From Eledone cirrhosa (taxonomy: Eukaryota), in the NCBI GenBank assembly GCA_964016885.1, contig OZ024742.1, positions 278,380,001 through 278,444,000 of the forward strand: a DNA stretch of 64,000 bases. Reading direction: 5' to 3'. Both the position numbers and the translations under genes were made by a program. The notes below the pieces were generated by a model, which worked only from the letters and a program-made list of their open reading frames with translations, was not told where the DNA came from and made no database searches. Shown here piece by piece: positions 14,954 through 27,659 of the stretch. Numbering within the stretch: position 1 is the stretch's first letter; every line of letters starts with the position of its first letter.

Positions 14954-15810
14954 GTCGCAGCAAGTGCAACGACGCGCTCGGAGAAACTCTAGGCGTAGAC
15001 GAGGACGAACTGGCCAGTCTATTCTGTAGGACTTTCCGCCCGGGACCAATGAACAACTTCCAAAAGTCCCTGGCCTGGCAGTGCTACCGAGGAGCTCTAC
15101 CAGTTCGAGACAAACTCTACAGACACGGGCTTCCGGGCAGGGACCCTTCGAAAAAGATCTGTCCGAAATGCGTGCGGACGAGGGAACCGTCGCGCACGCA
15201 TTTGTACACTGCCAGGGCGTTACCGACCTGTGGGGCTATGTAGAACGACTATTGTCGCGGCTGGGACCAATCCAGTTGACCACCGAGTCCATTGTCATGA
15301 TCAAACTGTCACCCTTCTTCAAAAACGGAGAGGCGGTTTTTCTATGTGTTATGGCTATGGTGACAGAGGTTATATAGTGGACGAGGTTAAAAGGGCTGAG
15401 GTCAGACACCTTTCTCTCCGGCGAGCAACTGATTCGTTTTTTCAAATATAATTTTGGAAGAAGAATCAGGATGGAGAGAGAGGTGCTGTTCCCAGCAAAT
15501 TTTATAAAAGGTGGGTGAATCTGACAAAGATGTCCCGAGTGGTTGGGCCTTCTCTCTATATAAGCCTGTAGGTTGAGGAAAAAGAGGAAGAGAGGAATGG
15601 AGTACTCACTCTTGGTGCTCCTGGAGATGAGGGTTGTACATTTTTTCGGGGTGTGTAGAACCCCTGTGTAACGCCTCCCCCTATTGGGGATTTCAATTGT
15701 TATTTGTTATTTTATTAATAGTTTTATTTTCATATACCTGTATGTAAACTCCCCATTTGTATTCGTTCCCTTCTTTTGTGCCCTTGTGGCTAATAAAGAA
15801 ATTTATCTAT
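14954..15810 (+). mobile_element. 5'-truncated Tx1-like LINE 3' end
   Basis: DALGETLGVDEDELASLF.RTF.PGPMNNFQKSLAWQCYRGALPVRDKLYRHG..GRDPSKKICPKC is closely similar to ORF 38147-39694. Ends AATAAAGAAATTTATCTATC and is preceded by (CTAT)n. Confidence 0.9.
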
Positions 15811-16424
15811 CAACAGGAAAAGAGTCATGACCCCGACGGTTGAGCTCCGGTCGTTTCGACAGCTAGATCCTAACTATCGAGTACTCTGGAGAGTTATGAT
15901 CCACCTGGTTCCTTACCACACTTTCTTCGTTCTATCTATTTATCTAGCTAGCTTTCTGTTTACCTAAATATGTATCAATCAATAAACCTTTCTATCTATC
16001 CTTGAATACACACAGACACGCACAAACTCCTACACACACACACACACATATGGACGGAGCATGGCCTAATGCTTGAATTCGCAAACATTAATTTCAGGTT
16101 TGATCCAACCACATGGAATTTTTGAATGTGCCACTTATCTAGGCCTCGTATCGACTCCTGTATTGTAAATGAAACTATTGAGAAGCATGCTGGACGAACT
16201 GTATCTGTAATTCAAAGGGAGTACCTGGTCGCACGTTGTGTCTCACTTACTCAGTCTTGAAATATCGTTATGGATACATGTGTCTACACGTTTCTGTCAT
16301 GAGTAGATGGTGCTATTGACCTAAGAACAAAAGAAATTATCTTCGAAACCGACGGATAACCATTTACTATATGTATGTATATAAGTGTGTTTCTATGTAT
16401 ACGTGCATGTATGTATGTATGTAC

Positions 16425-17475
16425 GTATGGAAACTCTGAAAAGAACCTGCGATGATGTTGACGAGTTCTCCTTTTCGTGTAGTGTTTTCGATACTCATAG
16501 AGTGGGATTGGTCGAGTGCAAGGCCTTTCTCCACTTAAAAAAACCTTCAAAGCACAGGCATTGCTTGTTCAGGATATGTTACAGGTTCGTGTAGCTGGCC
16601 ATAGCCTAAAAGTGCACCATTTTCTGAAATCTGACAAGCGATCGTAATAATCTTAGCGGAGTTTGCAGCCCCCATGTATGTATGTATGTATGTATGTATG
16701 TATGTTACATTCTTTTGCGATGCATGACATTTCTGACCACAGACAAGTCCCTAAAATAACTAAAAAGCCACGATTATGATGCTCATGCTTAAGTACCAAG
16801 CAATGGCATAACTCGAAATCGAGTTGCAGCTATCATCATCATGTATGTATGTATGTATGTATGTATGTATGTATGTATGTATGTATGTATGTATGTATGT
16901 ATGTATGTATGTATATATGTAGGTCGGGTCGTTGGCGACTAAACTGGCAACCCCACCAAGGTTTCTTGGTGAGGAGGGTGACTTTGGACATCCTGCAGGC
17001 CTAAAAACAAAACCGGTCAAAGGGCAAAGGAGCTCTTAAGAGTCAATGGTCATCCAAAATCACCGGGAGAGATGACCCCTTAGCCTTTGTCAAGGCAGAA
17101 TTCTAGGAGAAGGAAAACTCCGATATAACACCTGCAACCCTGATGGTATCCAATGATGTTGACTTGTTCTTCTTTTTGGTAAATATCATCTTGGTCAAGA
17201 GAGTGGGACTGGCTTTGTGCAGTGCCTTTGCTCACTATAAAAGCTTCACGGCACAATCATTGCTTTATATCTGGAGATCTATCTGCACTTGTCGTCACAT
17301 GGTACCATGGGCCCAGCACTCTGTGTCAATAATTGTCACAAGTGCAGTGTTTGTACCAGAGTTTTCAAGTCGCTAGCTGGACTAAAAAGTCACACTCGTT
17401 CAGCGCATCAGTAAGGGTTCTCCTACATGGATATGAAGTAGTGGCCGTACTCGAAAACGAGTTGGCAGCCACCAT
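16425..17475. mobile_element. Three related non-coding repeat units separated by (TATG)n
   Basis: Units ~16425-16675, 16705-16835 and 16918-17474 each end in ...GAGTT(T/G)GCAGC... followed by (TATG)n. The third recurs inverted at 20048-20493. Class uncertain (LINE-UTR-derived?). Confidence 0.55.
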
Positions 17476-17600
17476 GTATGTATGTATGTATGTATGTATG
17501 TATGTATGTATGTACGTACGTGCGCATGTATGTATGTATGTATGTATGTATGTATGTATGTATGTATGTATGTATGTATGTATCCATGCATGTATGTATG

Positions 17601-18101
17601 TTTTCTCTTTCTCTTAATTTCGAGTATATTTTTTTGACCGGCCACCTTCCTGGTGGCAAGGTTGTAAAAGAAAAGAAATTGTCATCCCTTGAATCGCAAG
17701 AATGTTTTGCATATTTTGAAGGTGCCAGCTATCGCAGCCATTTGTAGACTATGAATTAGGGAGCTGCGCTTTTTGTCCGCAAATCCAAGTTCGGTCATAC
17801 TTTGGTCCAAGCGGGTTGGTATATAACCCGTAGCACCAATAATGATGGGTATGAAGCTAAAGGTGTATCTTGGATACTGGATTTGTAAGCTCCTCATCAA
17901 TGGTCCGTAGATGTCCTCCTTCTCCTGTATTTTTCTGACAACGTTTACATCAAGTGGGCAGCTGATCTCCACAACAGAACACGTTTTCAATGTGTGGTCC
18001 CAAACTACAATATCAGGCCGGTTGTGCTTTAATTTGGTGGCAGTTTTTATTTTCAGGTTCCACCAGTATTCCTTAGTGCCATCTGTCTCAATATATTCTT
18101 C
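17601..18101 (-). mobile_element. 5'-truncated R4/Dong-like LINE (RLE domain + 3' UTR) in (CATA)n
   Basis: WWNLKIKTATKLKHNRPDIVVWDHTLKTCSVVEISCP...KEDIY..L...IPIIIGATG is a PD-(D/E)xK-type RLE domain; (TATG)n on both sides. Confidence 0.85.
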
Positions 18102-18602
18102 TATGTATGTATGTATGTATGTATGTATGTATGTATGTATGTATGTATGTATGTATGTATGTATGTATGTATCCATGCATGTATGGATATATATGTGCAT
18201 TTATGTATGTATGTTCTTCTGGTTTTATAATTTCACAAATTGTTTCCCAATAGAGAGAGAGTCGGTTTCTAACATAGACACAAGAATCTCTCATTGGAAT
18301 TTACACAACATAAAATAGGTTAATTATGTATACATGCATGTATTGATATGGATGTTATTGTATGTGTGGATGTGGATGTTTTGAGTTGTATTTGTGCATG
18401 TATATATGCTTTGTATCTGTATGTATGTATGTAAGTATTACTTATATAACGCATGAAGTTTTCAACATAGTTGAATATATATTCATAGGTTCATATATAT
18501 CCTGAAAATGTCCGTTAATAAACGTATTGAAGTATTTATACACGTATACATACACACATTCATACACATTCTCTCTCCCCCTCTCTCTCTTTCTCTCTCT
18601 CT

Positions 18603-18635
<33 letters not shown>

Positions 18636-19001
18636 ATACACACACACATATATATATGACTATTCATCTATATAATATAATTCTCTCTACTTGGTGTTCT
18701 GTATTTCCTATGTGTGCCAGCCAGTCAGTTTCCTTTGAGAGTTAGTCTATGTGAAGACCCTTAACCCTTAAAAAACATGTCAGACCAGCCTCACTTTAAA
18801 TGTGTTCTGACAATTTAGTTTATGCTAAGATGCAGCATAGCATGAAATGTCTAAATTGGTCAAAAATCGGTGAATTGTCGACCAGCATGTCAGCTTCTTC
18901 TGCTTATTGAATGGATGAATAAGACAGGGATTGACTCGATGTTTTAGGTTAGCTGTGTTGTATACACACACACAAACACACACACATGAATGTATATATA
19001 T

Positions 19002-19075
<74 letters not shown>

Positions 19076-19179
19076 GAAAATATAGAAATTATTGTGAGCA
19101 AGAAGCCAACGGTATTTCATAATATATAAGTGACTATAACGTCAAAATGGAAAATAATTAACGTAAGATATATATATAA

Positions 19180-19837
19180 CTAGCAGTAAAGCCCGGCGTT
19201 GCTCGGGGTCACTCAATAGCTGTGTTAAAGTTACAATGTTAAGTTTCTTTTTTGGCTTAAAGTCTGTCTGCACGACTGTCTGTCTGCACGCCTAACGAAA
19301 TTTACAGATACATATATTTAAAATAAACTTATATAATTTTTGCTTTTTTTTACGAAATATTTGCTTGTTTTACGTAGTCTTTAAATAGACTTGTTTTCAA
19401 GTAAAAATATTGTTTTAAAAGGCTTTTAAATGTAAATGAAGCAAAGCGGAAGCTTAGTGTTCGAACTGATGAATTTTGCAGGTCAACATTTTGCTGGCTC
19501 GACAACTGTTCGTGTATTGTGTTAATGTCATTTTAAACGCTGAGAAAGCCAGCGTAATTTTTTTAATTTTTGCACGCAGAAAATGTAAACAGAACGTAAG
19601 ACTTTCAATGTAAACAGAACAAAGGGAAATAACTCGTCACTTACGCTCAAAAATCGATACATTAGATTCGATTTCGTCACATAGGGTGGGTCAATTTGAA
19701 ATATTTTTTTTCCGATGTCTTCGCTAGGGATCAATGTACAAGTATAGCAATTTCGGTGCAATTCCGTCAGAGATTCTAAGAGAAGATGTGTGCCAAAAAT
19801 CGATAGACAGACAGACAACCACAGCTTTCTATATATA
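19180..19837 (-). mobile_element. Non-autonomous Helitron
   Basis: Minus-strand 3' end CCCGAGCAACGCCGGG hairpin + CTTTACTGCTAG|T; 5' part TATATAGAAAGCTG..(GTCT)n; no TSD. Confidence 0.7.
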
Positions 19838-19867
19838 CACTAACGAAATATATATATATATATATAT

Positions 19868-20032
19868 TTTTGGCTGTGCGAATGATTGTTTAAGCACCGT
19901 CTCAGTGTGTTGGTATTAAACGTTAGTTATAGCTCTGGTTTATCCGAACCATTGAGCACTTTGCCGCACATTTCGAAGATTGTTTTTCGTTATTTCGTGG
20001 GCCGAAGTTCTGATTCACGATAATTTTATTTG
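19868..20032. repeat. Dispersed (TA)n-flanked repeat; inverted copy at ~24794-24960
   Basis: Direct reverse-complement match. Confidence 0.8.
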
Positions 20033-20047
20033 TATATATATATATAT

Positions 20048-20493
20048 GGTGGCTGCCAACTCGTTTTCGAGTACGGCCACTACTTTATATCCATGTAGGA
20101 GAACTCCTACCGATGCGCTGAACGAGTGTGAATTTTTAGTCCAGCCACCGACTTGAAAACTCTGGTACAAACACTACACTTGTGACAATTATTGACACAT
20201 AGTGCTGGGCCCATGGTACCATGTGACGACAAGTGCAGAGAGATCTCCAGATATAAAGCAATGCCTGTGCCGTGAAGCTTTTATAGTGAGCAAAGGCACC
20301 GCACAAAACCAGTCCCACTCTCTTAACCAAGATGATATTTACCAAAAAGAAGAACAAGTCAACATCATTGGATACCATCAGAGTTGCAGGTGTTATATCA
20401 AAGTTTTCCTTCTCCTAGCATTCTGCCTTGACAAAGGCTAAGGGGTCATCTCTCCCGGAGATTTTGGATGTCCATTGACTCTTAAGAGCTCCT
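20048..20493 (-). mobile_element. Inverted copy of the 17029-17474 repeat
   Basis: ORF-track translations 17143-17376(+) and 20136-20378(-) are nearly identical. Confidence 0.85.
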
Positions 20494-20609
20494 TATATAT
20501 ATATATATATACATACATACACACATATATATGAATGTATCTATCTATCCACCTATCTATCTATCTATCTATGAATCCCTCTCTGTCTATATATATATAT
20601 ATATATATA

Positions 20610-20669
20610 TAAATGTAAGTATGTATGTATACGTACATACATATATGTATACAGACGTACAGTAGCATG

Positions 20670-20747
<78 letters not shown>

Positions 20748-21217
20748 CAGGTACACATACATATATGCATGCATCAGTTTAGCGGACGCTTATTATAACG
20801 CCGCTTTGTTCGTTTGTCAACAAACTGAACAGCCTGAATTTATGCCATACGGTGTTAAGGCAACCAGTGAGAAATGAAATTTCGTTTTCATTTTTTTCAA
20901 CTTATCGTTTTCGGTATGCCTGACCGATTTAACTCACTCAATATGCAAATTAGGCTGCTCAGCCGTTAATTTTAATAAGGAAAGTATATACTTTCGAACG
21001 TTCAACTATCTGGCAGATGGGTAAACGGTGCTGATGATAGCTAACAAGCTTGAAACTAGTACATCGTTTCTGTGTCAGTGTTGAACAAAAAGGTGACGTG
21101 GTTGCCTTAACACCGTATGGCACAAATTCAGGCTGTTCAGTTTGTTGACAAACGAACAAGGCGGCGTTATAATAAGCGTCCGCTAAACTGATGCGTGCAT
21201 ATATGTATGTGTACCTG

Positions 21218-21283
<66 letters not shown>

Positions 21284-21396
21284 CATGCTACTGTACGTCT
21301 GTATACATATATGTATGTACGTATACATACATACTTACATTTAAGTAAGTGCCGTACTAAGAGTGAGAAATGAAATTTCGTTTTCATTTTTTTCAA

Positions 21397-21400
<4 letters not shown>
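20610..21400 (+). mobile_element. Retrozyme-like / non-autonomous PLE unit with hammerhead, terminal direct repeat and 5' inverted arm
   Basis: 39-bp direct repeat 20866-20904 = 21362-21400; 20610-20866 is the reverse complement of 21099-21343; hammerhead at 21023-21069; (TA)n flanks. Confidence 0.75.
21023..21069 (+). ncRNA. Minimal type-I hammerhead ribozyme
   Basis: AAACGGTG-CTGATGA-T-AGCT(AACA)AGCT-T-GAAA-CTAGT-A-CATCGTTT: 8-bp stem I (one G.U), intact core, palindromic ACTAGT stem III, GUA triplet. Confidence 0.8.
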
Positions 21401-21481
<81 letters not shown>

Positions 21482-21634
21482 TTATATATATAAGTAAGCG
21501 CCTGATTGAATTCATATATGTATATCAGTAAGAAAACTAATACAGTGAGATGTGCGCATGAGGTATATATTGCATCACATGAACAACGTTTATGTATTGT
21601 AGATACATATATATATATTTATATATATACATAT

Positions 21635-21685
<51 letters not shown>

Positions 21686-21704
21686 AACATATATATATAT
21701 ATAT

Positions 21705-22930
21705 ATATTGTTATACTTTGGGAGGGTCATGTTGCCAATAAGAAACACACACACCACACGCTTTCACTTCATTTTATTATTATAAATTTAGGAATTTATA
21801 AATTTCCGGTTGGTTGGTTGGTTCCACAACTAGATGGTTGTTTATATATTGTCAAAGTTCTTTCGTCACACATTATGAGACCTCTTCAGTGACTGGGGAT
21901 TCTTTTCTTTGTTTTTGTGCCTTTCCTTTGTTCTGTCCTACGCCATCTTGTTTCTGTGTGTGTTGTGTGCTCAGTCTGCGCATGCGCCACATCCAGGTGT
22001 CTGTGTGTATTTATATTCGTTTATTTATTTGTTTATTTACACGTTACAGGTTGGTTGTTTGTTCTATGTGCGTGTGTGTTTTCATTTTGTCCTTAATTGT
22101 AAGTTGTGATGTTACTGTTCCACTCATGCTTTCTATTTAATTTTGGTTGCAATTCTTTTATGTTTATTGCCTCTGTGATTTGTCTAAACATTGCGTCTTT
22201 TCTGAGTGTAGATTCTATTTTTATTTCTATGTACTCTAAGTTACCCTAATGTTCTATTTTAGCATGTTGGTAGAGTAAAGATGATTCTTTACTATCTTGA
22301 AGGTCTCGTTAGTGTTCATTTATCCGTTCCCCTACACTACGAGCTGTCTCACCTATGTACACTATATTTGTGTCTCTACATTGTCTTTCAGTACATCTTA
22401 TGCTATATACTACATTTCTAGTTTTACAGTTAGCTTAATTTACAGGTTATACATTTCTTATCTATACAGGGGGTTCTTTGAAAAGGGTATGTCTTGCTAA
22501 TAAGTGGTTTTATGGAGGTACCTGGTCTTTCTACTATCTTAATATTGAGTTTATGTTTATCTAGGGCCCTTCTAAATATTTAAGCTAATTCTCCTCTAGG
22601 GGTTGTATCGATGAACATTGCACTCTGGTATTTATTGCCATCATACCATGAGTTTATTCTATTAGCGTTATTCCTAGTTATTTCTATTCTATTCCAAAAT
22701 TTGCTCCTATAAAAGGGGCAGGTCCCATTTGTGTCATTATTTAAATAATACAGCTGCCAATTGTTCGAGGTCCACAGATAAGATATCTTAGGTCGACATG
22801 CATCAAAGTAAAGTAACGTGCATTCCTGACAATACTCCTTAATAACTGCCCTTTTAGTGCCTGTTCGAGATGCACACACCTTGGTAATCATAGATAACAG
22901 TTAGGATTACCATGGTTTTGCATTGTACTT
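21705..22930 (-). mobile_element. Decayed Penelope-like element (post-RT region + GIY-YIG + 3' UTR)
   Basis: ORF 22580-22891 (..FYRSKFWNR..SWY..YQSAMFIDTTPRGELA) continues in broken frames to KIVERPGTSIK..PF.RTPC.DKKC.TC and CKTRNVVYSIRCTERQC..NIVYIGETARSVGERINEH (~22310-22430). Confidence 0.85.
21851..21893 (-). ncRNA. Minimal type-I hammerhead ribozyme in PLE 3' UTR
   Basis: Minus strand GTCA-CTGAAGA-G-GTC(TCATAATGTGT)GAC-GAAA-G(AA)CT-T-TGAC: stem I GTCA/TGAC, intact core, CUU triplet. Confidence 0.75.
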
Positions 22931-23214
22931 GATGTATTTCTCAAGGATATGGTTACATTTGATACTTCCAATGTGATGACTAAGTTTCAGCTTCTGGGTC
23001 TTACCGCTACATCTTTATCTCGTGTCCACTTATCACAACATTCAGGAACTCAATCCTTGTTGGCTGAATCGAGCGAAATAATTGCGAATATCGGTGGTAT
23101 GTGATTGACATATCCAGGGGGTTCTCCAAGAGTCTTACTTGTGAACGAATCTATATGCTCCACTCTGTATATTTTTGTCCACTAACGTCATTACTTCACA
23201 CGAAGATATATTGT

Positions 23215-23250
<36 letters not shown>

Positions 23251-23254
<4 letters not shown>

Positions 23255-23445
23255 AACGAGTAGGACCCCTACGGCTGAGCTCAAGCCGTTTCGACGGCTA
23301 ATTCTGAGTCCAGAATTAGCCGTCGAAACGGCTTGAGCTCAGCCGTCGGGGTCCTACTCGTTCTTATTACCCACTCTACTACCCTAAGTATTGAGTACTT
23401 TGGTGCGTTATGGTCCACCTGGTTCCTTACCACATTACCTTCGTT
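23251..23445. mobile_element. Fold-back non-autonomous element (copy 3)
   Basis: Arms 23251-23306 / 23311-23366, long arm to the right; (TA)n flanks. Confidence 0.8.
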
Positions 23446-23723
23446 ATATATATATATATATCTGTGTGTGTGTGTATGTGGGTGTGTGTGTGTCTGTACG
23501 TGTGTGTGTGCGGGCGTGTGGGTGGTTTTGTGTGTGTCTGTACGTGTGTGTGTGCGGGCGTGTGGGTGGTTTTGTGTGTATATGCATGTGTATCAGATGT
23601 GTTTCCGTCTTTCCGTGTATATGTAAACATATAGGCATATACATGCATTCACGCCAAACCGCTATCACTCGCTATCTATCTCACTCTCACTCACACACAA
23701 AAGCACACACTCACAACCCCCCC

Positions 23724-23778
<55 letters not shown>

Positions 23779-24277
23779 ATGTATATATGGCTAAACATAT
23801 AACAGTTAACATAGTTGAACTGTTCCTTACATCGTTTTATTGAATAATCATTCAGCGTGTAAGAAATGCTTTAAAGGGTTTCATCTAAAGGTTCTCTTCT
23901 ACCAAACCCCTGCTATTTTGACTCATAGACCCCCTAAAGTGCCAATTATTAACGCTTACACAAATCTCTGTTCCCCTTCCTGATCCCTCACTTGGTGACC
24001 AGCTTTAGTCTCTTTCTGAAGTTAATTACTTAAGTTCTACAGCAAAAAACTTAAAGACTTCCTCCCTAACCACGTAGAATATAATTACATTACACAAGGT
24101 ATTGGACATATGAGTGCGCATGTAGGTATACGTATGTATATACGTTTTCTATGTATACGTTTACACAAGAAACCCACATACATATACGTATATGTGTGTG
24201 TGTATGTGTGCGCACGCGCCTCTCTCTCTCTGACTCTATTTATATATATATATATGTTTGTGTATGTGTGTACATAT

Positions 24278-24308
<31 letters not shown>

Positions 24309-24404
24309 TATATGTATATATATGTGTGTGTGTGTGTGTATATGTATATGTACGCACATACACACACACACACAGACACACACACAACACACACATACAC
24401 ACAA

Positions 24405-24444
<40 letters not shown>

Positions 24445-24676
24445 ATCTACGTATATATACATCTCTCACAGTATCTATTTATTTATATCTCTCCCTATAT
24501 ATATGTAGCTATATATGTATGCCTGAATTTATGTGTGTATGTATGCTTGCATGCATATAAGTTTGTTTACAAACCTAAGACAAGACCAATCACTCCTTCG
24601 CGTAGAGTTTAATCTCGCGTGAATCTCCGAGTAATAATAATGGCATGAATCAGCAACTGATTCCTATAACACGTAT

Positions 24677-24799
<123 letters not shown>

Positions 24800-25024
24800 A
24801 TTATCGAGAATCGGAACTTCGGCCCACGAAATAACGAAAAACAATCTTCCAAATGTGCGGCAAAGTGCTCAATGGTTCGGCTGAACCAGAGCTATAAATA
24901 ACGTTTAATACCAACACACTGAGACGATGCTTAAACAATCATTCGCACAGCCAAAAAAACGATCAAGTAATTCGGGTCAAACAAATAAATATATATATGA
25001 TTGAAAAATGATTGAAAAATATAT

Positions 25025-26435
<1,411 letters not shown>

Positions 26436-26734
26436 CAGAGAGATTTAAATGGTTGAATATATGTATATATATAAGTCGTCAAGTATGAAATTTGTAGAAA
26501 ATAGTAGAAAAAAGAAGAAATTTCTACAAATTTCATACTTTATGACCCAATATATACATATATATATACAAAGAAAAGGGAAACAAAAAAAAAGAGAGAA
26601 AAATACACTAGCAGATAATACACGCATATTATGCCACAGAACAATATGCAGGCGAAAGAGTAGAAAAACGAGACGCTACCAGAGCAAAAGATAGCAATAT
26701 AACGAGGAGCACTGGGAAACCTCTCTAATAATTT

Positions 26735-27165
26735 TTGAGGCAGGTCGGCACGCTTGCAGCGTTAACTGGGATGATGGCGAGGCTGAGGTGCTGGAACAAC
26801 CAAGTGTTCTCACAAGCATCGCCAGTTACCTGGTGAGTCGCCAGTGAAGATAAGAACCTCGCTGTCAGTAGCCCGACTGCCCCAAACTTCTCGAACGCCA
26901 CCGGCTGGATAATGTAGTTAGCTGACAGAACACGGTATTTTAGGATTTTGTTCCGTTCAGCTACGGATGCTGTAACTCTCGCCCTTACCGCTGCATCCAG
27001 AATGTGGGAAGAAGCAAAAGAGTCACTAACTGTGACGTCCCAGGTAAGGCCCCTGCGTCTTGACTAGGAGCACAGAGTAAGACCGTAAAATCTTTTCCCA
27101 TCAATTCAGGACAACCCAGACGGTTCCAAAATTGAGGGGATGTTTACCCGGGCCAAAGCTCTCGA
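26735..27165 (-). mobile_element. CRE-like non-LTR retrotransposon C-terminal RLE fragment
   Basis: Manual translation LEPSGLS*IDGKRFYGLTL..GLTWDVTVSDSFASSHI..AERNKILKY..IQPVAFEKFG..TGDA.ENTWLFQHLSLAII.VNAASV. Confidence 0.75.
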
Positions 27166-27369
27166 GCGGTAATAGGACAGTGTGTGAATGTGCGCGCGCG
27201 TGAGTTTGTCGGCGTTCTTAAATTAGAGACACGTGTGTGTGTGTCACTGTTTTTTAGTTAGACATATATATGTGTGTATCCCTTTTCTTCCTTTTAGACA
27301 CATACATTCGCACAAATACATACTCATTGCGTGATGGACGGATGAACAGAAGTCCTTCAAATATATATA

Positions 27370-27655
27370 CATGTGAATGGAGGTCTACTGAAGCAGTTAG
27401 AGAAGTTCAAGATTCTTGGAGATTCTTGGTTCATGAGTGATAGAATGCGGGAGGCTGAATTAAGTGCAAGAATTGCAAAAGCTGATGCAGTAATGCACCA
27501 GCCTCAGCATTCAGCAATCAGATGAAGGGGGGTAAGTGTAAAAGCCAAACTTGCTGTTTTTCTGATATTCCAGCCCACTCTTACCGAGGATCATGAATTT
27601 GAGTAATGACCAGTGGCAGAAATGAGAGAGACACAACTCCGATATTATGAGCATG
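27370..27655 (+). mobile_element. RTE-clade (Rex3/Expander-like) LINE fragment
   Basis: NGGLLKQLEKFKILG..FMSDRMREAELSARIAKADAVMHQ..SVKAKLAVF.IFQPTLT.DHE..VMT. Confidence 0.65.
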
Positions 27656-27659
27656 TTAA

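Noticed and set aside
18762-18950. TTAACCCTT... possible piggyBac-type MITE
   Set aside because: The right TIR and TTAA are too degenerate to support the call.
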